A DNA stretch of 64,000 nt. Origin: an uncultured Propionibacteriales bacterium (GTDB lineage: Bacteria; Actinomycetota; Actinomycetes; Propionibacteriales; Nocardioidaceae). Under the pieces are notes generated by a model. It made no database searches. It worked only from the letters and a program-made list of their open reading frames with translations, and had not been told where the DNA came from. Shown here piece by piece: positions 35,330 to 44,384 of this stretch. Numbering within the stretch: position 1 is the stretch's first letter; the number at the start of each line of letters is the position of its first letter. The translations under genes and the position numbers were made by a program. The stretch is taken from the NCBI GenBank assembly GCA_965653225.1, contig CBFGZI010000003.1, forward strand, positions 2,831-66,830, in the 5' to 3' direction.

Positions 35330-37525
35330 ATGGTGGCGATGACCGACCCAGTAGACCAGCACTTCCTCGACAGCCTGGAGTCGCTGCCCCGCGACGAGCC
35401 ACGCGGGGCGCCGCGGGGTGACATGTCCCCGGAGCGGCTGCTGGAGCTGTTCGACTCCCAGCTCGGCAGCCGGCACCTCGACCTCGCCGCGCGGCACCTG
35501 CAGGCCCAGGGCAGGGGCTTCTACACGATCGGCTCGTCCGGGCACGAGGGCAACGCCGCGGTCGCGGCCGCGCTGCGGCCCACCGACCCCGCGCTGCTGC
35601 ACTACCGGTCGGGCGCGTTCTACCTGGAGCGCGCCCGGCAGGTGCCGGGTCAGGAGCCGTTGCGCGACGTGCTCCTGGGCCTGGTCGCGGCCGCCGAGGA
35701 GCCGATCTCCGGCGGCCGGCACAAGGTCTTCGGACGCCAGGAGCTGGCGATCATCCCGCAGACCTCGACGATCGCCTCGCACATGCCGCGCGCGGTCGGC
35801 GTGGCGTGGTCGGTGAGCCGCGCGCGCAAAGTGGGCGTGCCGGTGCTGTGGCCGGAGGACGCGGTGGTCGTGTGCAGCTTCGGAGACGCCTCGGCCAACC
35901 ACTCCACCGCGCTCGGCGCGATCAACGCGGCCACGCACTCGGCCTACATCGGTCTGCCGATGCCGCTGCTGTTCGTGTGCGAGGACAACGGGATCGGGAT
36001 CAGCGTGCGTACGCCGGGCGGGTGGGTCGCGAACCGGTTCGGTGACCAGGACGGACTGGAGTACTTCGCCGCCGACGGCTGTGACCTGGTCGAGGCGATG
36101 GAGGTGTCCGCACGGGCGGCCGACTGGGTCCGGCGGCACCGCCGGCCCGCGTTCCTGCACCTGCGCACGGTGCGGCTGATGGGACATGCCGGGTCCGACG
36201 TGGAGAGCGCCTACCGCCGTGCCGGCGACATCGCCTCCGACCTGCGCCGCGACCCGGTGCTGACCACCGCACGCCTGCTGGTCGACAACGGCGTCCTCAG
36301 CGTCGCGGAGGTGAGGGACCGCTACGAGGCCAAGCGGGCGGAGGTGCTCGACCTCGCGGCGAAGGTCGCGGAGTCACCGCGGCTGGCCTCGGCCGAGGAG
36401 GTGATGCGGCCGCTGCAGGTGGGTGCTCGCGTCACGGAGGCTTATCCGTCCGGGGAGTCGTCCGGTGTGTCGTCCCTGGCCCCGGCGGGCGCGGAGGACG
36501 GGGAGCCGCTGACCGTGGCGCAGTCGGTCAACCGCGCGCTCGCCGACATCCTGCGGCGGCGGCCGGAGGCACTCGTGTTCGGTGAGGACGTGGCCCGCAA
36601 GGGCGGCGTGTACGGCGTGACACGGGGCCTGATGAAGCAGTTCGGGCCCGCGCGGGTGTTCGACACGTTGCTTGACGAGCAGTCGATCCTCGGGCTGGCG
36701 CTGGGTGCGGGGTTGTCGGGGATGCTGCCGGTCCCGGAGATCCAGTACCTCGCGTACGTGCACAACGCGGCGGACCAGATCCGTGGCGAGGCCGCGACCC
36801 TGCGATTCTTCTCCAACGACCAGTACCGCAACCCGATGGTCGTGCGGATCGCGTCGTACGCGTACCAGAAGGGCTTCGGCGGGCACTTCCACAACGACAA
36901 CGCGGTCGCGGCGCTGCGAGACATCCCCGGTGTGGTGGTCGCGTCACCTTCTCGTCCCGACGACGCGGCCGCGATGCTGCGCTGCTGCGCGGCCGAGGCC
37001 GCGGGGTCTGGTCGCGTGTGCATGTTCCTCGAGCCGATCGCGCTGTACCACACGCGCGACCTGCACGCCGACGGCGACGAAGCGTGGCTGGCGCCGTACC
37101 CCGGTGACGCAACGGCCGAGTCCGAGTGCGCGGTCGGAAGGGGACGTACCTACGGCGAGGGTGGCGACCTGACCATCGTCACGTTCGCCAACGGGGTACG
37201 GATGAGCCTGCGGGTGGCCGAACGTCTCCGGTCGTCGGGTGTCGACGCGCGGGTGCTCGACCTGCGGTGGCTCGCGCCGCTACCGGTCGAGGACCTGCTG
37301 CGTGAGGCGGAGACGACCGGTCGCGTACTTGTCGTCGATGAGACGCGACGAAGCGGCGGTGTGTCGGAGAGCGTGCTGACGGTGCTGCTCGACGCCGGGT
37401 ACACCGGACGGGCCGCCCGGGTGGCGAGTGAGGACAGCTTCATCCCACTTGGCGACGCGGCACGGCACGTGCTGGTCAGCGAGGAAGACGTCGAGCGGGC
37501 CGCTCGCCGGCTGGTACAGCGGTGA
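35330..37525 (+). CDS. Fused alpha/beta E1 component of a 2-oxoacid dehydrogenase-type thiamine-diphosphate enzyme
   Basis: 731 aa. N-terminal half has GSSGHEGNAAVA...SFGDASANHSTALGAIN (E1-alpha TPP motif); C-terminal half has VFGEDVARKGGVYGVT...FDTLLDEQSILGLALG (E1-beta/transketolase Pyr domain). Confidence 0.85.
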   Translation: MVAMTDPVDQHFLDSLESLPRDEPRGAPRGDMSPERLLELFDSQLGSRHLDLAARHLQAQGRGFYTIGSSGHEGNAAVAAALRPTDPALLHYRSGAFYLERARQVPGQEPLRDVLLGLVAAAEEPISGGRHKVFGRQELAIIPQTSTIASHMPRAVGVAWSVSRARKVGVPVLWPEDAVVVCSFGDASANHSTALGAINAATHSAYIGLPMPLLFVCEDNGIGISVRTPGGWVANRFGDQDGLEYFAADGCDLVEAMEVSARAADWVRRHRRPAFLHLRTVRLMGHAGSDVESAYRRAGDIASDLRRDPVLTTARLLVDNGVLSVAEVRDRYEAKRAEVLDLAAKVAESPRLASAEEVMRPLQVGARVTEAYPSGESSGVSSLAPAGAEDGEPLTVAQSVNRALADILRRRPEALVFGEDVARKGGVYGVTRGLMKQFGPARVFDTLLDEQSILGLALGAGLSGMLPVPEIQYLAYVHNAADQIRGEAATLRFFSNDQYRNPMVVRIASYAYQKGFGGHFHNDNAVAALRDIPGVVVASPSRPDDAAAMLRCCAAEAAGSGRVCMFLEPIALYHTRDLHADGDEAWLAPYPGDATAESECAVGRGRTYGEGGDLTIVTFANGVRMSLRVAERLRSSGVDARVLDLRWLAPLPVEDLLREAETTGRVLVVDETRRSGGVSESVLTVLLDAGYTGRAARVASEDSFIPLGDAARHVLVSEEDVERAARRLVQR

Positions 37526-37568
37526 GCCGGCCGTTCCGCGGGTTGCCCCGGCACGGATACTGGCGGTC

Positions 37569-38066
37569 ATGGAGACACCCGAGCTGAGCGGCGACGCGTA
37601 CGAGATCGCCGAGGAGATCTCCCGGCGCGCACAGGAGACCGGTCTCACCGTGGCGACGGCGGAGTCGCTGACCAGCGGCCAGGTGGCGGCGCACCTGGGT
37701 GCCGCGTCGGGCTCGTCGTCGTGGTTCAAGGGCGGGGTGGTCGCCTACGACGACGAGGTGAAGTACAAGGTGCTCGACGTGCCGCGCGGACCCGTGGTGT
37801 CGGAGGACTGCGGGAGCGCCATGGCCGAGGGTGTTCGGCGGCTGCTCGACGCCGACGTCGCCGTCGCGCTCACCGGTGTCGGCGGTCCGGACGAGCAGGA
37901 CGGCGAGCCGCCCGGCACGGTGTACGTGGCCGTGTCCGGCGCGGAGGGCGGCTCCTGCCGGCACCACCGGTTCGAGGGTGACCCCAAGGCGGTGCTCACG
38001 GCGGCGACGCTCGAGGCGCTGCGGTCACTGGACGAGCACCTGGGCCAGGTCTCGGCGGCCGGCTGA
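37569..38066 (+). CDS. CinA C-terminal-domain family protein (nicotinamide-nucleotide amidohydrolase PncC-like)
   Basis: LTVATAESLTSGQVAAHLGAASGSSSWFKGGVVAYDDEVKYKVLDV is the canonical CinA/PncC motif block. Confidence 0.8.
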   Translation: METPELSGDAYEIAEEISRRAQETGLTVATAESLTSGQVAAHLGAASGSSSWFKGGVVAYDDEVKYKVLDVPRGPVVSEDCGSAMAEGVRRLLDADVAVALTGVGGPDEQDGEPPGTVYVAVSGAEGGSCRHHRFEGDPKAVLTAATLEALRSLDEHLGQVSAAG

Positions 38067-38077
38067 CGGCTCGCCTG

Positions 38078-38096
38078 ACGCGGTGCTACACCGCGT
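38078..38096 (+). terminator. Short hairpin just after the cinA-like stop
   Basis: acgcggtg-cta-caccgcgt (8-bp stem). No U-tract. Confidence 0.3.
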
Positions 38097-38188
38097 AGTC
38101 GCGCTCGCGCAACATTGACCGCGCAGGTGCCCGACCGCGACCATGAACCTCGCCCGCTCCGCGACCGGGGGGTGAGAGGTGACATGGC

Positions 38189-39757
38189 ATGACACAGCAG
38201 GCAGAGCCGCGGCTCTCTGACCGCACCATCGTGGACATGTTCCGTGACCTCGCGCGCGACCGCCCGGAGCACCCGGCGCTGGTGTGCGGCGAGCGGAGCG
38301 TCACCTACGCCACGCTCGACCAGCGCTCCTGCCGGCTCGCCAACGCGCTGCTGGCCGAGGGCGTCCACGTCGACTCCCGGGTCGCGTACCTGGACGTGAA
38401 CGAGCCGGAGTTCTTCGAGGTGATGCTCGGCTGCACCAAGATCGGCGCCACCGTGGCCCCGATCAACTTCCGGCTGACGCCTCGCGAGATCGGCCAGATC
38501 GTCGCCGACTCCGAGGCGACGGTGCTCGTGCTGGGGCACCGGTTCGCCTCGCTGGCCGAGCCCGTGCAGGAGGCGGCGAGCGGACTGCGGCGCGTGGTCG
38601 TCACCGGCCCCGAGTACGAGCAGTGGATCGACGCCTGCGACGACGCGGACCCGTCGTACAGCGGTGGTCCGGATGACGTGGTGCTGCAGCTGTACACGTC
38701 GGGGACGACCGGGCTGCCCAAGGGCGTGCTGATCGACAACGCGAACTGCTCGGCGCTGCTCAACGTGGCGCAGGAGTGGTCGGTCGACGAGTCGAGTGTG
38801 TGCATGGTCGCGATGCCGCTGTTCCACATCGGTGGGTCGGGGTGGGCCATGGTCGGGCTGGCCGCGGGCGCGACCGACGTGCTGGTGCCCGAGCTCGACC
38901 CCGCCGGCGTGCTCGACCTGATCGAGCAGCGCCAGGTGACGAACGCGTTCATCGTGCCCGCGGTGCTGCAGATGATGACGAACGTGCCGGGTGCCGAGAA
39001 CCGGTCGTACTCCTCGCTGCGCTCCATCGCGTACGGCGCCTCGCCGATCACGCCGGCGGTGCTTCGGCGGTCGCTCGAGGTGCTCAGAGCGCCGCTGTAC
39101 CAGGTGTACGGGCTGACCGAGTCGACCGGCGCCGTCACCCAGCTGCCGGCCGAGGACCACGACCCGGGCGGTCCCCGCGAGCACCTGATGCGCTCAGCCG
39201 GGCGGGCGTACCCGTGGGTGGAGCTGAAGGCGGTCGACCCGGTCACCGGGGAGGACGCCCGTCCCGGCGACGTGGGCGAGATCCTGATCCGCTCGGTGCA
39301 GGTGACGACCGGCTACTGGAACAAGCCCGAGGAGACGAAGGCCACGATCGACGAGCAGGGCTGGCTGCACACGGGCGACGCCGGCTACGTCGACAACGAG
39401 GGCTACGTGTTCCTGACCGACCGGATCAAGGACATGATCGTCAGCGGCGGGGAGAACGTATACCCCATCGAGGTCGAGACCGTGCTCGCCGAGCACCCCG
39501 ACGTCGCCGACGTGGCCGTGATCGGCGTTCCTGACGAGAAGTGGGGCGAGACCGTGAAGGCGGTCGTCGTGCTCCGCGAAGGCTCCGACCTCACCGAAGA
39601 GGCCCTGCTCGACTACGGCAAGCAGAACCTCGCCGGCTTCAAGCGCCCGCGCTCGGTTGACTTCGCCGGTGAGCTGCCGCGCAACCCGTCGGGCAAGCTG
39701 CTCAAGCGCGTGCTGCGCGAGCCGTTCTGGGCCGACAAGGGCCGCAGCATCGGCTGA
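38189..39757 (+). CDS. Long-chain-fatty-acid--CoA ligase / AMP-dependent synthetase
   Basis: LQLYTSGTTGLPKGVL (AMP-binding P-loop), YGLTES, GWLHTGDAGYVDNEGYVFLTDRIKDMIVSGGENVYP, PRNPSGKLLKR. Confidence 0.9.
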   Translation: MTQQAEPRLSDRTIVDMFRDLARDRPEHPALVCGERSVTYATLDQRSCRLANALLAEGVHVDSRVAYLDVNEPEFFEVMLGCTKIGATVAPINFRLTPREIGQIVADSEATVLVLGHRFASLAEPVQEAASGLRRVVVTGPEYEQWIDACDDADPSYSGGPDDVVLQLYTSGTTGLPKGVLIDNANCSALLNVAQEWSVDESSVCMVAMPLFHIGGSGWAMVGLAAGATDVLVPELDPAGVLDLIEQRQVTNAFIVPAVLQMMTNVPGAENRSYSSLRSIAYGASPITPAVLRRSLEVLRAPLYQVYGLTESTGAVTQLPAEDHDPGGPREHLMRSAGRAYPWVELKAVDPVTGEDARPGDVGEILIRSVQVTTGYWNKPEETKATIDEQGWLHTGDAGYVDNEGYVFLTDRIKDMIVSGGENVYPIEVETVLAEHPDVADVAVIGVPDEKWGETVKAVVVLREGSDLTEEALLDYGKQNLAGFKRPRSVDFAGELPRNPSGKLLKRVLREPFWADKGRSIG

Positions 39758-39842
39758 GGGTCGTCCAGCCTTCGCAACGAGCTGCGTTCGAGGCGCGCCT
39801 GTACCTGGAGTCGTTCACCACCGCCGAACACCCCGAGGAGCG

Positions 39843-40250
39843 CTAGCGGCCTGACCTACGACGTCGTGGACGGATCTGCTTGGCACGGTCGCCTGCCCGG
39901 CGGCGGAGCTCACGCATCCGCTGCCGCTCGCGGGCCTGCTCCGGGGTGATCCGCTTGGCGAGGTTGGCATGAGCGACCAGTTCGTTGAGCGGCTTCGACG
40001 TTGGCGGGTAGGCGGTGACGGGCTCGTCTCCGGAGTAGACCACCCACACCTTGGCCCCGTCGTGCATGACGCCGAGGATCGAGCCGTGGTTGATGGTGTC
40101 GGCGTGCTGCAGGGCGGTACGCCGGGCGACCCAGCTGCTCGCCTGCCTCTGCACCGCAGCCTGCGTCGGCTTGCCCAGGTGCTTCCACGCCTGCGCGGCG
40201 TAGGGCCCGTACTTCAGCGCCCGCTTGGCCGCGGGCCCCATCCAGCTCAT
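39843..40250 (-). CDS. Hypothetical protein with a basic C-terminal tail
   Basis: Coding-like GC3. No family recognised. Start ambiguous (40295 or 40250). Confidence 0.4.
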   Translation of the reverse strand: MSWMGPAAKRALKYGPYAAQAWKHLGKPTQAAVQRQASSWVARRTALQHADTINHGSILGVMHDGAKVWVVYSGDEPVTAYPPTSKPLNELVAHANLAKRITPEQARERQRMRELRRRAGDRAKQIRPRRRRSGR

Positions 40251-40332
40251 CGCACTCCCATGAGACGTCGTCGTGCCACTCGTCGACACCACCATTGTCC
40301 CGCCGCCGGCGCACCAGACGAAAACCCACGCC

Positions 40333-41574
40333 TCAGATCAGGTCGAGCATCTGTTGGGAGATGTCGGTGGTGATCTGCTGTGTTTGGTCGCGGTGGTCGG
40401 TGAGCTCGCGGCCGTGTTTGGTGTGGAACCGGAACCGTCCGGCCTCGGCTCGGATGCGGAGGCGTCCGGAGTGCACGTTGCGGTGGTGGCGGGGGCACAG
40501 CGACACCATCTGGTCCAGGTCGGTGGGGCCGCCGTCGACCCAGTGGGTGAGGTGGTGCAGCTGCACCAGCCGGCTGCGGCAGCCCGGCACCCGGCAGCGG
40601 CCCCGGTCGCGCACCCGGGCACCGCGCCGCTGGGCGGCGGAGGCGGTGCGGGCGGTCCGGCCCAGCTCGATCGGCGACCCGTCGGGGGCGATCACCACCC
40701 GGGCGACCTGGGCGTCGCAGGCCAGCCGACGCACCAGGGAGGTGGGGACCGGGCCGAAGCCGTCCAGCTGCGCCGGTGCCGACCCCAGCCGGCCGACGAG
40801 GCTGTCCCAGGACAGCACCACGCTCAGGTGCGGCCGGATGCCGTTGTCCTGCGGCAGCCCGGAGTCCAGCACCGACCGGCACACGTCCCCGAGCGCGTCG
40901 GCGCGCCGCTGCCCGGCCGAGCGCCCGTCTCCGGGCTGCGGCTTGGACAGCGTGTCCAGCACCTGGGCGAGCATGGCGCCGGTCTCGGCGTCCAGCACGC
41001 CCTTGGCGACGTACTCGTCCCCGACCGGGGTGATCGTGAAATACCGCCGCTGCATCGCCTTGCGCTGCTGCTCGTCCACCCGGTCGGGGTCGACACTGTG
41101 CTGGAGTGTGCGAATCGCCTGCCGTAGGTCCCACGGGTCGTTGAGCCGGGCCAGCTCCAGCAGGGCCTCCTGCGCGGCGCGCACCGCGGCCAAACCGAGG
41201 TCGTCGACCGCACCTGCCAGCACCTCCACCTGCGCCAGCCCGATCTCGCCGGCGAGAAAGGCCCGGTGGACCTGCGGCAGGTCGGGCAGCCGCTGCCCGA
41301 CCAGCACCCGGCGGCGGGCCTCGCCGGCGCTCATGCGCAGCTGGTGTCGCAGCCATGAGGCCGCGGTGCGGGCGCCGACGTCCTTGTAGGCCTCGGTGGC
41401 CTCGAACACCGCGGTGGTCTCGGCGAACACGGCCTCCACCGGGTCACCCAGCCGGCGCAGGTCGCGCAGCCGATCTTCGAGCTGGGCGGGGGGCAGCAGC
41501 GCGAGGTTGTCCGCACCCACCGCGGCCACGGCTGCGACGAGACGGTCCATCGACGACTGCTCTGGCGAACACAT
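40333..41574 (-). CDS. HNH endonuclease with DUF222 N-terminal domain (REP13E12-type selfish gene family)
   Basis: N-terminus ...TAASWLRHQLRMSAGEARRRVLVGQRLPDLPQVHRAFLAGEIGLAQVEVLA (DUF222). C-terminus CRVPGCRSRLVQLHHLTHWVDGGPTDLDQMVSLCPRHHRNVH (HNH). Confidence 0.85.
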   Translation of the reverse strand: MCSPEQSSMDRLVAAVAAVGADNLALLPPAQLEDRLRDLRRLGDPVEAVFAETTAVFEATEAYKDVGARTAASWLRHQLRMSAGEARRRVLVGQRLPDLPQVHRAFLAGEIGLAQVEVLAGAVDDLGLAAVRAAQEALLELARLNDPWDLRQAIRTLQHSVDPDRVDEQQRKAMQRRYFTITPVGDEYVAKGVLDAETGAMLAQVLDTLSKPQPGDGRSAGQRRADALGDVCRSVLDSGLPQDNGIRPHLSVVLSWDSLVGRLGSAPAQLDGFGPVPTSLVRRLACDAQVARVVIAPDGSPIELGRTARTASAAQRRGARVRDRGRCRVPGCRSRLVQLHHLTHWVDGGPTDLDQMVSLCPRHHRNVHSGRLRIRAEAGRFRFHTKHGRELTDHRDQTQQITTDISQQMLDLI

Positions 41575-41696
41575 GTTCGAACACTATGGCCCCCACGTCG
41601 CCCCGCGCAGCAGCGCAGACCAACCTGTGCACAACCCCGGCAACGTCACTACCTGTGGACGAAAACCGGCCAGAGAGCGCTCGCGACCAGGGCGGA

Positions 41697-42348
41697 CTAC
41701 TCAGCCGACGGACGCAAGGACACAACTTTGGCACCTGCCGAGGCCCGCTTCCCAACCCCGCCGCTGCGCCCCTTGCGGCGTCGCCGAGGTCGACTGTCGT
41801 TCTGCCGGTCCAGGTAGGACTCGTATGCCAGGACCTCACGTGCGATGAGCCGCGAGTCGGCGGGCGGCAGGACTTCCTCCCGAACCTCGTTGTCCTCGAC
41901 GCGGATAAGGAACAGCTCCTTGTCGTCGCGCCGGCACCCCGCGATGACCCCGTCACAACGATGGTCGAAGGTGAACCTGCCGAACGAGGGCAGTCCGCTC
42001 TTTGACGCGTGCGCGTCCGGCCGCAGGAAGTGGTCGATCAGGTATCTCATCCACGCAGTGGGGTCGTAGAACCTCTCGTAGCCGTTGTAGGCGAGGCAGC
42101 AACCTCCCCAACAGGGCACCCAGTCGCAGTGCAACCCCGGCTGGCCCGGGGCCGCCTCGTTGAAAGATCTCGACCGGCACGTCGTCTGCGCGCTCTTGGT
42201 CAGCGGCAGGATTCGGTGGCACTTCGTAGGGACCACCCGGTCGTGCGTATCTCCGGGATGCGCTGAATGCCTGGAGGTACGCCGTCTCGTCGTCGTTGAG
42301 CATCGGCTCGATGTCAACGTGACCGATGAAGTCCGTCGTGTAGCCCAT
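41697..42348 (-). pseudogene. Conserved-looking hypothetical gene interrupted by a +1 frameshift at an A/T run near 42163-42165
   Basis: MGYTTDFIGHVDIEPMLNDDETAYLQAFSASRRYARPGGPYEVPPNPAADQERADDVPVEIF (frame of ORF 41953..42522) continues sensibly only in the frame of ORF 41697..42317 (NEAAPGQPGLHCDWVPCWGGCCLAYNGYERFYDP...). Total length is 3n+1. Confidence 0.6.
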
Positions 42349-42361
42349 CGCAGATCCGGAG

Positions 42362-42721
42362 GTGCTCCCCGTCGACAGCAGGATCGACCAGTACGAAGAG
42401 GCTCGAGACCTGCTGTACGAGACGATGCAGGGACTGCCGCTGCCCGGGTTCGCCGGCCCAGACACCCGGCACCTGGTGGTGACCGTCCTGGTGCGACCGG
42501 GCCTGACGATTCTCGGCCGCAACGAGTCGCAGTGGCTCCGTGCCTGGCGCTACAGCAACCACCTCAGGGGAGCCTTTGACGGCGACATCGTGCTCGTGAC
42601 CGAACACGGCTGGGTGCACTGGCCGTCCGACTGGGGCGGCCATGAGCCACGGATGCAGCCCGCTGACCATCCGCCGGGACAGGCCGCCGACACAGTTCCC
42701 TCCCAGTACGGGCTCGCCTAG
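42362..42721 (+). CDS. Hypothetical protein
   Basis: GC3-rich ORF. Only 13 nt from the divergent start at 42348, so the true start may be ATG 42425. The 3' end overlaps the convergent helicase stop by 4 nt. Confidence 0.4.
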   Translation: MLPVDSRIDQYEEARDLLYETMQGLPLPGFAGPDTRHLVVTVLVRPGLTILGRNESQWLRAWRYSNHLRGAFDGDIVLVTEHGWVHWPSDWGGHEPRMQPADHPPGQAADTVPSQYGLA

Positions 42722-44377
42722 AGACCCAGCCGCTTCAGCACCTCAGGCCCGCCGACGGCACCGACGTACGCCGGGTCGCCGCACACCACCAGCTGGTCGC
42801 GTGCCCGCGAAAGTCCGACGTACAGCCGTTCCCTGGACCGCTCCTTCGGCTCCGACTCGTTGAGCGCGAGGACGACCGCTGGGCGTTCGAGACCCTTGAA
42901 CCCGAGCACGTGCCCGTAGAACACCTGCTCCTCGTCCCAGAAGGACTCCCAGTAGACGTCCTGGCCCTCCTCCTGTCGGGCCGCCTGCTCCGGGTGCTTG
43001 CTGCGAGCCGCCAGCAGAGCGATGTCTCCCGGCCGCCACCCTTCGTCGATCAGCGCGTCCACCTGGTCATCGGCGACGTCGAGGGCCTCGTCGGCGCCGC
43101 ACTCGACGAAACGAACGGCAGGACCGTCGACATCCACCAACCGCATGCGCATCGGCGCCAGCGGCGAGAAGGTGTCGGCGATCTGCCTGGTGTTACGCAG
43201 GTTCTGGTCGAGCACCAGCGGTACGAGAGCGATGGGCGGCCCACCGAAGCGGGCGAAGATCCGCTGGCCCTCGTCGGTGAATACGTACACCCCTCCGGCA
43301 TCGCCATCGCGCAGCGCCGCCAGCAGCACCGACCACCACGCGTCGGCGAAGTCCTGCGCCTCGTCGACCACGACCGCGTCGAACCGCTTCCCCGGCGGGA
43401 GCTCAGCCGCCATCCCCACCATCTGCGCGGGAAGCCGATGCTCCCAGAAGTCGCTGTCGTCGTCGGACTCCATCTCGGCTCCCCACTGCTCGCCGAGACC
43501 GTGGAACGTGCCGACGTACGCCGGGCGCTGCCTCCACGGCAGCAGCACCGCACGCTTCTGCATAAAGCGTGCGAGGCCTCGCGAGTAGCACATGAGCGCG
43601 ACGCGTTGGCCCTCGTGGCTCAACCGAACGCGCCTGCTCGAGCGCGAGCCACGTTTTGCCGCTGCCGGCGCCACCACGGATCTCGACGCGCTTCAGCATC
43701 CGCGCGGCGTCGAGCAGGATCGCCTGCTGTTGGGTCAGCCGGTCGATTCGCGCCTCATGCTCGGTGGCCGCCGCGACCAGGTCGGCCTGCGGGTGGGTCC
43801 GGCCATGCAGGATCTCGCGCAGGTCGGCGATGTCGGCCTTGCTCGCGCGCGGCTTGGCGTTCTGCTGCCGGTCGAGCATGTCCCGCAGCTGTGCAGCGAG
43901 TCCCGGCAGGTCGTGCCGTCCCGCGATCGCCCACCGCGGACACGCGGGAGTGGCAAAGCTGTCGTCGACGTCGGTGAACGGCAGAACGACTGCGTGCGCC
44001 CAGCGGACGCGACGCCGGTGCCAGCGCTCGTCGTTGTCGGCGTACTTACGCGCCGCATACATCCCGTTGCGCGCCTGACCCACCGGGTCGATCACCCGGC
44101 GGCCGTTGTTCCACGGCTGCGTCCACTTTCCGTCCGGCTCACAGCGAACGACGCTGCCCTTGACCTCGAGGACGACGAAGCCGTGGCCGGCAAGCCCGAC
44201 CAGGAAGTCGAGCTCGTAGTCCTGCCTGCGGTCGGTGAGCCTCAGGTTGGGAACAAGGAGGTCGTCCTCGTCGAGCTGGCCGCGCAGGCCCTCCCACACG
44301 ACACGCTCGCTGTCGGTGGTGAAGACCGGCGAATCTGTCGACACCATGGACTTCTCTCTCCCCGCTTGCTCGTACAT
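42718..44377 (-). pseudogene. NERD nuclease-related domain fused to an SF1 (UvrD-like) helicase, interrupted by a +1 frameshift just after the Walker A motif (near 43627)
   Basis: ORF 43403..44377 gives the NERD motif (DYELDFLVGLAGHGFVVLEVKG) and GGAGSGKTWLALEQAR. The sequence then continues in the frame of ORF 42718..43677 (RLSHEGQRVALMCYSRGLA...VVVDEAQDF...LDQNLRNTRQI...LYVGLSRARDQLVV). Total length is 3n+1. Confidence 0.75.
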
Positions 44378-44384
44378 CTCCTGG

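Noticed and set aside
35234-36187. 317-codon N-terminal extension of the hyuA ORF (track entry 33134..36187)
   Set aside because: The extension overlaps the divergent E1 gene and is Arg-rich nonsense. The canonical hyuA N-terminus (LGVDIGGTFTDV) follows a GTG with a GAGGAGG SD at 35233.
41697-44377. Programmed +1 ribosomal frameshifting to explain the two interrupted genes
   Set aside because: There is no recognisable slippery or hungry-codon context, stimulatory structure or known precedent for these families. A mutation or assembly error is more parsimonious. This is left as a finding to verify.
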